The translations under genes and the position numbers were made by a program. 64,000 bases of DNA from Methylophaga sp. (GTDB lineage Bacteria; Pseudomonadota; Gammaproteobacteria; Nitrosococcales; Methylophagaceae): assembly GCA_040882115.1 (NCBI GenBank), contig JBBEBX010000008.1, positions 2,113-66,112 on the forward strand, read 5' to 3'. Positions 1 through 8,286 of this stretch are shown piece after piece; the stretch's first letter is position 1, and each line of letters starts with the position of its first letter. Below the pieces are notes generated by a model. It was not told where the DNA came from. It was given only the letters and a program-made list of their open reading frames with translations, and ran no database searches.

Positions 1-1
1 G

Positions 2-568
2 GCTGCGGCATCACTTACCGTTGCTGATGATTTCAGTATTCAGATTGGCACCACTGATCCGGTACCGGTTGCCAATGGCACGTACGAAACTGTGCAAGCC
101 TTTGTTGACGAAATTAATACAGCACTGGGCAGTAATGGCCGGGCCAGCCTTAATGATGACGGCACTTTAAGTATTACAGCGCTGGACGACATTACCATCA
201 GTGGCGATATCGGCTTGACGACACTCGGCCTGGATGAAGTTACAGAGCCTGCGGGTAATATGGTCGGTGTCAATGTGATGAGCGTAGATGCTGCCAACGA
301 TACGATTAACCGGATTGATGCCGGCCTCAAAGCCGTCAGTGATTTGCGTAGTACCTTTGGTGCCATTCAAAACCGGTTTGAATCAACCATCGCTAATCTG
401 GGGGCAACAGTCGAAAACTTGTCAGCCTCACGCAGTCGGATTCAGGATGCGGACTTTGCGGCAGAAACTGCCAATCTGACCCGTGCCCAGATCCTGCAAC
501 AGGCAGGTACGACCATACTGGCGCAGGCCAATGCCTTACCGCAGAATGTGTTGACACTGCTCGGTTAA
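2..568 (+). CDS. fliC: Flagellin, 3' part (5'-truncated by window edge)
   Basis: Open frame from nt 2 to TAA at 568; C-terminal flagellin D1/D0 motif [12 protein letters not shown]...[27 protein letters not shown]. Confidence 0.97.
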   Translation, partial: AAASLTVADDFSIQIGTTDPVPVANGTYETVQAFVDEINTALGSNGRASLNDDGTLSITALDDITISGDIGLTTLGLDEVTEPAGNMVGVNVMSVDAANDTINRIDAGLKAVSDLRSTFGAIQNRFESTIANLGATVENLSASRSRIQDADFAAETANLTRAQILQQAGTTILAQANALPQNVLTLLG

Positions 569-607
569 TTAACGTTTCAATAACAACGTAGTATTTTTTA
601 CACCTGA

Positions 608-640
608 CCCGCTAGCTGCTTCCAGTTAGCGGGTTTTTTT
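608..640 (+). terminator. Rho-independent terminator after first flagellin
   Basis: CCCGCTAGCTG-CTTC-CAGTTAGCGGG stem (one G-U pair) followed by T7. Confidence 0.9.
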
Positions 641-789
641 ATGGCCAGGGTTTGCCGCTTTAACGGCACCTTTGCAGAAACCGGCAAAAATTGCCTGTCA
701 TGCCGTTCACTTCTGTTCCCGGTGCATACCGTTGTAATAAGACATAAATCAACATTCACAGAAACACTCACGGAAACTTAATAACCCTG

Positions 790-857
790 GTCATCCCGAG
801 CGATAGCCGAGGGATCTAAAAGCAGTGCAGAGATGCCTCCACTGCGGTCGGCATGAC
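790..857. repeat. REP/REPIN-like palindromic doublet (GTCAT...ATGAC type)
   Basis: GTCATCCCGAGCGATAGCCGAGGGATCT, 13-nt spacer, AGATGCCTCCACTGCGGTCGGCATGAC. The arms are imperfect inverted copies and each is itself a hairpin. Confidence 0.7.
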
Positions 858-981
858 ACAGTGATAATAAATCAGTGATTTGTATCCAGAGAAAGTAAGC
901 GCCAGATGAAATAGAGGTCATGCAGTTTTGTGACGGGCCGCACGCTTTTGCAAAATAATCTAATAATTTGTTAATGGGGTC

Positions 982-1008
982 TAAAGTTTAGTAACGCACA
1001 GCCGTTAA
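982..1008 (+). promoter_or_regulatory. sigma28 (FliA) promoter of second flagellin
   Basis: TAAA(GTTT)-N15-GCCGTTAA; near-consensus with correct spacing. Confidence 0.9.
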
Positions 1009-1096
1009 ACATTCCGGAGGCAGTAAAGACATCGAGAATGTCTATCTGTCAATAATGAAACGGGTAGGTGCCCGACTTCCACCAGGAGAAACCACC

Positions 1097-2584
1097 ATGG
1101 CTCAAGTTATTAACACAAACATTGCTTCACTAAACGCACAACGTAACCTTAATGCATCACAATCTTCTCTGGCGACTTCATTAGAGCGTCTGTCATCTGG
1201 TCTGCGTATCAATAGCGCCAAAGATGACGCCGCTGGTCTGGCGATTTCTGAACGTTTCACTACGCAAATTCGTGGTTTAAATACTGCAATTCGTAACGCC
1301 AATGACGGTATTTCACTGTCACAAACTGCTGAAGGTTCTTTGGGCGAAATCAGCAACAACTTACAACGTATTCGTGAGCTGGCGGTACAGTCTGCCAACG
1401 CCACTAACTCTGATTCAGATCGTGCTGCATTGGATCAACAAGTACAACAACGTCTGGCTGAGATTGACCGTATTGCCTCACAATCTTCATTTAACGGCCG
1501 TAAAATTCTCGACGGCTCTTTCGGTAATGGTACATTCCAGGTTGGCGCTAATGTTGGTGAAACTATTTCATTAGACTTGACCACCAGTATTCGCCAAAGT
1601 GATATTGGCGCTACCGCAGCGGCAACTTCAGTTGATGTTAATACTTTAATTACCGAAGCTGCTGATGCTACTTCGGGCTCAGGTTCTTTTGATGCCAGCA
1701 CGCTGCTTGCAGATTTCAGTACTGAAACAGTGAGCTTTGACGTAACTGATGGCACAACAACTACCAACGTTGTTTTAGACCAGGACTATTCTGGCGCTGG
1801 CGGTATTGATGCTTTGGTATCTGATTTGTCAACAGCATTGGGCGCAGATTTCGTCGTGAGCAATGATGGTGATGATGTAACCATCACAAGTGCCTTGACA
1901 GGTACTGGTACAGAGGTTTCAGTAGCTGCCTTCGAGGCTGATGAAGATGGAAATACTACTGATTCAGTAGTTACAGCCTTCCCTGCAGTAACTGGTACTG
2001 ATGGTACTGATGCAGTAGTTGCAGCACCATTTACTTTGGCTGCAGATGCGCTGACTATCCAAATCGGTGATTCAGATGCCGTATCTGTTGCAGCTGGTGA
2101 CTATGAAACACCTCAAGCGTTGGTTGATGCTGTCAACACTGCTCTGGCTGGTAATGGTACTGCAACATTAAATGATGATGGTACTTTTACTATCAACAGT
2201 GCTGAAACCATTACAGTGGGTGGTGCTCAAGCGGGTGATGTATTTACTGCAACTGAGTACGCCGTTGCCGGTAGTCTGGCTACGGTCAATGTATCGGATG
2301 TTGATGGTGCTAATGACACTCTGCGTCGTATTGACTCAGCGTTGACTTCAGTCAGTGACCTGCGTAGCACATTTGGTGCGATTCAAAACCGTTTTGAATC
2401 TACCATTGCGAACCTGGGTTCAACTGTTGAAAACCTGTCGGCTTCACGTAGCCGGATCCTGGATGCGGACTTTGCGTCAGAAACTGCAAATTTGACCCGT
2501 GCCCAGATCCTGCAGCAGGCTGGTATCTCGATTCTGTCTCAGGCGAATGCTCTGCCTCAGTCAGTGTTGGGTCTGTTGGGATAA
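1097..2584 (+). CDS. fliC: Flagellin (495 aa)
   Basis: [18 protein letters not shown]...[21 protein letters not shown]-terminus and conserved C-terminus; AGGAG RBS at 1084-1088 favours ATG 1097 over the ORF-track start 1055. Confidence 0.98.
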   Translation: MAQVINTNIASLNAQRNLNASQSSLATSLERLSSGLRINSAKDDAAGLAISERFTTQIRGLNTAIRNANDGISLSQTAEGSLGEISNNLQRIRELAVQSANATNSDSDRAALDQQVQQRLAEIDRIASQSSFNGRKILDGSFGNGTFQVGANVGETISLDLTTSIRQSDIGATAAATSVDVNTLITEAADATSGSGSFDASTLLADFSTETVSFDVTDGTTTTNVVLDQDYSGAGGIDALVSDLSTALGADFVVSNDGDDVTITSALTGTGTEVSVAAFEADEDGNTTDSVVTAFPAVTGTDGTDAVVAAPFTLAADALTIQIGDSDAVSVAAGDYETPQALVDAVNTALAGNGTATLNDDGTFTINSAETITVGGAQAGDVFTATEYAVAGSLATVNVSDVDGANDTLRRIDSALTSVSDLRSTFGAIQNRFESTIANLGSTVENLSASRSRILDADFASETANLTRAQILQQAGISILSQANALPQSVLGLLG

Positions 2585-2592
2585 TATCCTGA

Positions 2593-2627
2593 AAGTGTCC
2601 GCACCTAGTGTGCGGACACTTCCTTTT
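2593..2627 (+). terminator. Strong hairpin (partial terminator or mRNA stabiliser) between fliC and flaG
   Basis: Perfect 12-bp stem AAGTGTCCGCAC-CTAGT-GTGCGGACACTT followed by CCTTTT. Confidence 0.7.
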
Positions 2628-2650
2628 ATTAGGTTAGAAGGACCATAGAT

Positions 2651-3049
2651 ATGGATATTAACAATTTGAATTCGCTTGTCCCTGCTGGCAAATCTGCCAG
2701 CGGGGATTTTGCGTTACGGCCCGATAAATTAACAGCAACCGCTGGAACAGATATTGCTTTAAGTAAATCAGTATCCGAACTATCGGCAAGTGTTGCCGAA
2801 CAGTCCGAACAATCGCAACAGCAGCAAGTTGACCGGGCGGTGTCACAGATTAATGATTATGTTCAGAATGTGCAGCGGTCATTGCAATTCAGTATTGATG
2901 AATTGAGTGGTCGTAATGTTGTTAAGGTTATCGATAAAACCACTGAAGAAGTGATCCGGCAAATACCGATTGAAGAAGTGTTGGTGATTGCCCGGACGAT
3001 TGCTGAACAATTAGATGAAGGGGTGAGTTTATTCAGTTCGCAGGCTTAA
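2651..3049 (+). CDS. flaG: Flagellar protein FlaG
   Basis: INDYVQNVQRSLQFSIDELSGRNVVKVIDKTTEEVIRQIP motif; position between fliC and fliD. Confidence 0.93.
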   Translation: MDINNLNSLVPAGKSASGDFALRPDKLTATAGTDIALSKSVSELSASVAEQSEQSQQQQVDRAVSQINDYVQNVQRSLQFSIDELSGRNVVKVIDKTTEEVIRQIPIEEVLVIARTIAEQLDEGVSLFSSQA

Positions 3050-3072
3050 CTGCAGCTGATAAGGGGTAAATC

Positions 3073-4440
3073 ATGGCAATTACAGCAGGCGGTATTGGTT
3101 CGGGAATTGACGTTAATGGTTTGGTGCAGCAGCTTGTCGCTGCTGAAGGCCAGCCAGCAACGCAGCGTCTTGACCGAAAAGAAGCCAATATACAGGCTAA
3201 TTTGTCTGCATTTGGTTCTTTAACATCGGCTTTGTCGCGGTTTCAGGATAGCGTTAAAGCCTTGCAGAACCAGGACAACTTCTTAAAACAAACCGCGACG
3301 ACATCTAATGCAGATTTGTTCTCTGTAACAGCAGATAAAAATGCTGTTGCCGGGAGCTACTCTGTTGAAATCGTGCAGTTGGCACAAGCAGCCAAAGTGC
3401 GTACGGATAGTTTTCAGGCCGATGAAAACATCGGTACTGGTAATTTAAATATCAGTCTGGGTACCAGTAGTTTCGATTTGGCTATCACAGATGATAACAA
3501 CACATTAGCCGGTATTCGTGATGCGATTAATGCATCAGAAGATAATCCGGGTGTGCGCGCTTCCATTATTAATGTTGATGGCGGTAGTCGTTTAATTCTG
3601 ACATCAGATGAATTGGGCGCAGCCAATGACATTACGGTCACTGCCACAGATGATAATGCCGGTGATGGTTTTGATTTAACGCGATTGAATACTTTGACGA
3701 CCATTGACGCTGCCCAGGATGCGTTGATAAGAGTTGATAATCAGGATATCTCCAGAGACAGTAATTCATTTTCTGATGTGATCGACGGTGTAACGTTCAA
3801 TTTGAAGAAAGCCGAAGAAGGCACCGTCGAAACACTGACCATTGCCCAGGACAATAATGCCGTCAAGAGCCGTGTTGAGGGGTTTGTGGCAGCTTACAAC
3901 ACACTTAACAACACGATTAATCAGCTTTCCTCGTTTAATGCTGATACCGGCGCAGCGGGCACATTATTGGGCGATTCGGCTTTAAGAGGTGTGCAAACAC
4001 AATTACGGCGAACACTGACCGATGCTGTTCAGGGTGTGGATATCAGTACGTTGGCAGAATTGGGTGTGACCACCAATCAGGAAAATGGCAATTTACAGCT
4101 GGATACAGAACGTTTAAATACGGCGCTGACCGGTAATTTTGCCTCAGTCGCCGATTTGTTTGCTTCGGAAAATGGTATTGCCAAACGACTGGATGGTGTT
4201 TTAGACCGCTATACCAGTTCGGGTGGTGTACTTGAATTACGCTCATCAGGATTGCGATCGCAGCTGGATGGTATTGCCGATGATCGTGAACGATTAGATA
4301 GTCGCTTAGAAGGCCTTGAATCAAGATATCGTGCCCAGTTTACGGCGATGGATCAGTTAGTTTCCCAGCTGCAAAGCCTGAGTGGTTATCTTGATCAGCA
4401 ATTGGCTAATATGCCTTTGGCAAATAGAAATAGACGCTGA
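3073..4440 (+). CDS. fliD: Flagellar filament cap protein FliD
   Basis: GIGSGIDVNGLVQQLVAAE N-terminus; LLGDSALR and RYRAQFTAMDQLVSQL C-terminal motifs. Confidence 0.96.
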   Translation: MAITAGGIGSGIDVNGLVQQLVAAEGQPATQRLDRKEANIQANLSAFGSLTSALSRFQDSVKALQNQDNFLKQTATTSNADLFSVTADKNAVAGSYSVEIVQLAQAAKVRTDSFQADENIGTGNLNISLGTSSFDLAITDDNNTLAGIRDAINASEDNPGVRASIINVDGGSRLILTSDELGAANDITVTATDDNAGDGFDLTRLNTLTTIDAAQDALIRVDNQDISRDSNSFSDVIDGVTFNLKKAEEGTVETLTIAQDNNAVKSRVEGFVAAYNTLNNTINQLSSFNADTGAAGTLLGDSALRGVQTQLRRTLTDAVQGVDISTLAELGVTTNQENGNLQLDTERLNTALTGNFASVADLFASENGIAKRLDGVLDRYTSSGGVLELRSSGLRSQLDGIADDRERLDSRLEGLESRYRAQFTAMDQLVSQLQSLSGYLDQQLANMPLANRNRR

Positions 4441-4570
4441 GTTTTGTCAGTTTATTAGTTGTGAAACACTGATTTAAAACAAAATTGTGTTATGTTTTAG
4501 TCTGCTGGCGAATGAGTGGTGAAGTCCTGAGTTTTTTAGGTATTCAATGTGGATTTCGCGAGATTACTGC

Positions 4571-4597
4571 TAAAGATAAGTGTGTAAGTGACGATAA
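4571..4597 (+). promoter_or_regulatory. sigma28 promoter of fliS-fliT
   Basis: TAAA-N15-GACGATAA (one mismatch to GCCGATAA) in a 200-bp intergenic gap. Confidence 0.75.
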
Positions 4598-4642
4598 CAA
4601 AACTGAATGCGGATAGCTTCTGATATGGAAAAGGATACAAAC

Positions 4643-5041
4643 ATGCACGCCAATCTTGCAATGCAGCAATACCGCCAAAATCATATTCATGGTTCGGTCG
4701 AGACCGCGTCGCCACACCGTTTGGTGCAAATGTTGATGGAAGGTGTGCAAGAAAAACTGTTGGCGGCTAAAGGCTATATGGCCAAAAACGATATTGCCAA
4801 AAAAGGCGAGCATATCAGCTGGGCGATTTCGATTATTGACAGTCTCCGCGCTTGTTTGGATTTTGAGCAGGGTGGTGAGATTGCCGAAAACCTTGGCAAC
4901 CTCTACGACTACATGGAAAGACGCCTGCTGGAAGCCAATCTCAAAAATGACCCAGCGTTGATTGATGAAGTCGGAATGTTAATGGCGCAAATTAAATCAG
5001 GTTGGGATGCGATCCCAGCAGAATTCCATAACGCAAAGTAA
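4643..5041 (+). CDS. fliS: Flagellin export chaperone FliS
   Basis: ASPHRLVQMLMEG...LDFEQGGEIAENLGNLYDYM...IKSGWDAI; AAGGA RBS before ATG 4643. Confidence 0.96.
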   Translation: MHANLAMQQYRQNHIHGSVETASPHRLVQMLMEGVQEKLLAAKGYMAKNDIAKKGEHISWAISIIDSLRACLDFEQGGEIAENLGNLYDYMERRLLEANLKNDPALIDEVGMLMAQIKSGWDAIPAEFHNAK

Positions 5042-5050
5042 CTCATCCCG

Positions 5051-5356
5051 ATGAGCACCATGCGCATCATCATCGAAGAAAGCCTTAAGCTGAGTGAACA
5101 GCAATTGCTGCACGTTAAGCAAAGCGAATGGGATGCTTTTCATGCAATGGAACCAAAAAGGCAGCAACTCATCCGCAGTCTTTCCAATGTCGACGTTGAT
5201 GTTGGCTCACCAGATGAGATTCGCTCGGATCTTGAAACGCTCATATCGATAAACGATGAAATAGAAAAGCGTTGTATTGAGCAGCGTAATGAGCTAATGA
5301 AATTGTTGGTAGATATTCGCGCTGGTGCCAAAGCGAGTAAGGCTTACCAAAAGTAG
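5051..5356 (+). CDS. fliT: FliT-like chaperone
   Basis: 101-aa helical protein after fliS, with WD...RQQLI and C-terminal KAYQ typical of FliT. Confidence 0.75.
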   Translation: MSTMRIIIEESLKLSEQQLLHVKQSEWDAFHAMEPKRQQLIRSLSNVDVDVGSPDEIRSDLETLISINDEIEKRCIEQRNELMKLLVDIRAGAKASKAYQK

Positions 5357-5389
5357 TTTTTTTAGTTTCACAAACCACATTTTCTCCCC

Positions 5390-5403
5390 GTCATTTTTTT
5401 GAC
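5390..5403. promoter_or_regulatory. FleQ-box-like palindrome overlapping a sigma70 -35 of fleQ
   Basis: GTCATTTTTTTGAC (GTCA-N6-TGAC); its end overlaps TTGACA at 5399-5404; identical 14-mer at 6997. Confidence 0.65.
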
Positions 5404-5497
5404 AACCCCAGGTGATAATGCTTAACTTGTGTTAGTCATCACACATATATATTGCTTGCTTTTTTCGAGCTGGTTAAAAGGATTAACGGGAGTATTA

Positions 5498-6997
5498 ATG
5501 AGCGCAAATAATGTATTGGTTGTCGATGCCGACGCTCAGCGCCGTGAGACCTTGTCTACGCTAATTACCTTTATTAATTGTCAGCCGGTACTGGTGGATG
5601 AGCCGGATAACTGGTTTGATTCTGTTGATGATTTGAATGATATTGCTATGGCAATTGTTGGTGATTGCGGCAGCAGTCAGCAAACTCGGGAGTTGTTGCG
5701 GACACTGGTCAATCATGAAGCCCGGGTGCCTGTGTTTACGCTTGATCATAATGGGGAAGAACACGATTTTCCGGGCGCCATAGGCGCTTTGCGTTATCCG
5801 GTCAAATATCCCCAGCTGAGTAATGCCCTGCAACAGGCGACGATTTATCGCGGTCAGCAGGATAATGCCAGTCAACCGCATAGCCATTTTCGTTTGCTGG
5901 TAGGTCATAGCCCGGAGATGAAAAAAGTACAGCGGATGATCGATCAGGTATCAGATTCTGATGCCAATGTATTGATTCTTGGCGAGTCAGGCACCGGTAA
6001 AGAAGTGGTTGCTCGCAATTTGCATCATTTTTCCAGTCGCCGTGATAAACCATTTGTACCCGTTAACTGTGGGGCCATTCCCGGAGAGTTGTTGGAAAGC
6101 GAATTATTCGGTCATGAAAAGGGCGCCTTTACCGGCGCTATCACCGCGCGCAAAGGCCGGTTTGAATTGGCTGAGGGCGGTACATTATTTCTCGATGAAA
6201 TTGGCGATATGCCCTTGCCGATGCAGGTGAAATTGCTGCGCGTGTTGCAAGAGCGGACTTTTGAAAAAGTCGGCAGCAATAAAACCCAACTGGCCAATGT
6301 GCGAGTGATTGCCGCTACCCATCGTAATCTGGAGTCGCATATTTCAAAGGGCCATTTCCGCGAGGATTTATATTACCGGCTCAATGTGTTCCCGATTGAA
6401 ATGCCAGCATTAAAGGAACGTCCGGAAGATATTCCCCTGCTTATTCATGAACTGATACAACGTATTGAACATGAAAATCGCGGCTCGGTCAGGCTGACGG
6501 CTGCCGCGATGGCATCATTTTGTCGCTACCCCTGGCCGGGAAATGTTCGCGAATTGGCCAATGTCATTGAGCGGCTGGTGATTTTATTCCCCTATGCGAC
6601 TGTCGATTTTGACGATCTGCCTGACAAATATCGTGTTGAAGGCGATGCGCTGCCAGACCATATCAATGCTGTTATTTCTGCCCGGCCAGAAGCAACTGTG
6701 CCACGCGAAGTTCACCAGCATTCAGACGCAGCGCCAGCGGTTGCGTTAGCAGAACGCCGGCACTCGTCGGTTCCGGCCAGCAATGATGCCGAATTGCCCG
6801 CCGATGGTCTGGATCTGAAAGAACATCTGGCAAATCTGGAATATTTGTTGATCAAGCAAGCGCTTGATGAGGCTGCCGGTATTGTCGCCCATGCGGCACA
6901 GCGTCTGAAAATGCGCCGCACAACACTGGTGGAAAAAATGCGTAAGTACGGTATCCAGCGTGAAGGTGAGCAGCTCGCAGAAGCGACGGAAGGCTAG
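5498..6997 (+). CDS. fleQ: sigma54-dependent flagellar master regulator FleQ/FlrA
   Basis: FleQ N-domain, GESGTGKE Walker A, GAFTGA, C-terminal HTH (AAQRLKMRRTTLVEKMRKYG); GGGAG RBS before ATG 5498. Confidence 0.96.
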   Translation: MSANNVLVVDADAQRRETLSTLITFINCQPVLVDEPDNWFDSVDDLNDIAMAIVGDCGSSQQTRELLRTLVNHEARVPVFTLDHNGEEHDFPGAIGALRYPVKYPQLSNALQQATIYRGQQDNASQPHSHFRLLVGHSPEMKKVQRMIDQVSDSDANVLILGESGTGKEVVARNLHHFSSRRDKPFVPVNCGAIPGELLESELFGHEKGAFTGAITARKGRFELAEGGTLFLDEIGDMPLPMQVKLLRVLQERTFEKVGSNKTQLANVRVIAATHRNLESHISKGHFREDLYYRLNVFPIEMPALKERPEDIPLLIHELIQRIEHENRGSVRLTAAAMASFCRYPWPGNVRELANVIERLVILFPYATVDFDDLPDKYRVEGDALPDHINAVISARPEATVPREVHQHSDAAPAVALAERRHSSVPASNDAELPADGLDLKEHLANLEYLLIKQALDEAAGIVAHAAQRLKMRRTTLVEKMRKYGIQREGEQLAEATEG

Positions 6998-7010
6998 TCA
7001 TTTTTTTGAC
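6997..7010. promoter_or_regulatory. FleQ enhancer box upstream of fleSR
   Basis: GTCATTTTTTTGAC about 55 bp upstream of the sigma54 -24 element. Confidence 0.7.
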
Positions 7011-7064
7011 TGTGACGTATTTGGTTTTTATTTTAAGCTATTGAATTTAAAGCTTTAATTTTTA

Positions 7065-7080
7065 GGGCATATATTTTGCA
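7065..7080 (+). promoter_or_regulatory. sigma54 promoter of fleSR
   Basis: GGGCATATATTTTGCA: GG at 7066-67 and GC at 7078-79, canonical -24/-12 spacing. Confidence 0.8.
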
Positions 7081-7116
7081 GAAACCCAGCAAACACGCTG
7101 ATGCTGGAGCAACAAT

Positions 7117-8286
7117 ATGCACGCCAAATGGTCTGAAAGTTCTTCAATAGACACCATCCTGCCACCCCGACAAAATCGGATGCCGCCGCCGGATTGGTCG
7201 AAAACGCTACAACCCGGTTCTGCTAAGCCCCTTAACGAACAGCCGACCGGCCGTAGTGCCAGCCGGATGAGCCGATTGCTATCTGTCATGCCAGCAGGTG
7301 TGGTGGTAATTGATGGTGAAGGCCGTGTCCAGGATTGCAATCCTGCAGCGATAAAATTACTTGGTGAACCACTCAGTGGCGAACGCTGGATTGATATTAT
7401 TCAGCGGGCATTTCAGCCACGCCCTGATGACGGCCATGATGTGTCACTGCGTGATGGGCGTTTGGTACATATTTCTACTAATCCGTTAGATGGCGAACCG
7501 GGCCAAATCGTTTTACTTCACGATGTCACCGAAACCCGCCAACTGCAGCATAAAGTCTCGCATATGCAGCGGTTATCAGCGATGGGCGAAGTGGCGGCGC
7601 GTTTAGCTCATCAAATCCGCACACCGCTGTCTTCAGCAATGCTGTATTTATCGCCATTATTAAAAGCCAATGGGGATGCCGCAACCCAACGCCGGTTTGC
7701 AGAGCGTTTGCATGACAGTCTCAGCCATATGGAACAGCTGGTGCGTAATATGCTGGCGTTTTCCAAAGGCGATATGGCGGCCCCTGCACCGGTCAATATT
7801 GATGCCTTATTCGAAGAAGTCGCCCGGCAATTTCACAGCAGCGCCAGTCCGGATGGTTGCCAGTTGACCGTCACCAACAACACCAATGATGGCCATATTT
7901 TCGGCAGTCAGCCAGCCCTGGTCAGTGCGATTAATAATCTGATGAATAATGCCCATGAAGCCTGCCGGGAGAACGGAAAAATCAGTCTGTCAGCCGATTT
8001 CATTGAAGATGAACAGCAACAGCAATTTATCGAAATCAGTATTGAAGACAATGGTATCGGTATTGAAGAAGCGGATTTTGACAAGATCCTGCAACCGTTT
8101 TACACCACCCGCTCAGCAGGTACAGGCCTCGGTTTGGCGGTGGTGCAATCCATTATCAAAGCCCATAAAGGCATCATGTGGCTGGACAGTGATTTGGGTG
8201 AAGGCAGTACCTTTTGTCTGCGTTTACCGGTGTATCGTGCCAATCAGCCGGTTTCCCGTTCTGTTAAAGCTGGAGCGATGTCATGA
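7117..8286 (+). CDS. fleS: PAS sensor histidine kinase FleS/FlrB
   Basis: PAS (MPAGVVVIDGEG...CNPAA), H-box LAHQIRTPL, HATPase G-boxes (DNGIGI, GTGLGL). Confidence 0.94.
   Translation: MHAKWSESSSIDTILPPRQNRMPPPDWSKTLQPGSAKPLNEQPTGRSASRMSRLLSVMPAGVVVIDGEGRVQDCNPAAIKLLGEPLSGERWIDIIQRAFQPRPDDGHDVSLRDGRLVHISTNPLDGEPGQIVLLHDVTETRQLQHKVSHMQRLSAMGEVAARLAHQIRTPLSSAMLYLSPLLKANGDAATQRRFAERLHDSLSHMEQLVRNMLAFSKGDMAAPAPVNIDALFEEVARQFHSSASPDGCQLTVTNNTNDGHIFGSQPALVSAINNLMNNAHEACRENGKISLSADFIEDEQQQQFIEISIEDNGIGIEEADFDKILQPFYTTRSAGTGLGLAVVQSIIKAHKGIMWLDSDLGEGSTFCLRLPVYRANQPVSRSVKAGAMS

Noticed and set aside
935-952. sigma54-like GG...TTTTGCA upstream of the second flagellin
   Set aside because: GG-to-GC spacing is wrong; the required -24 positions (938-939) are CC
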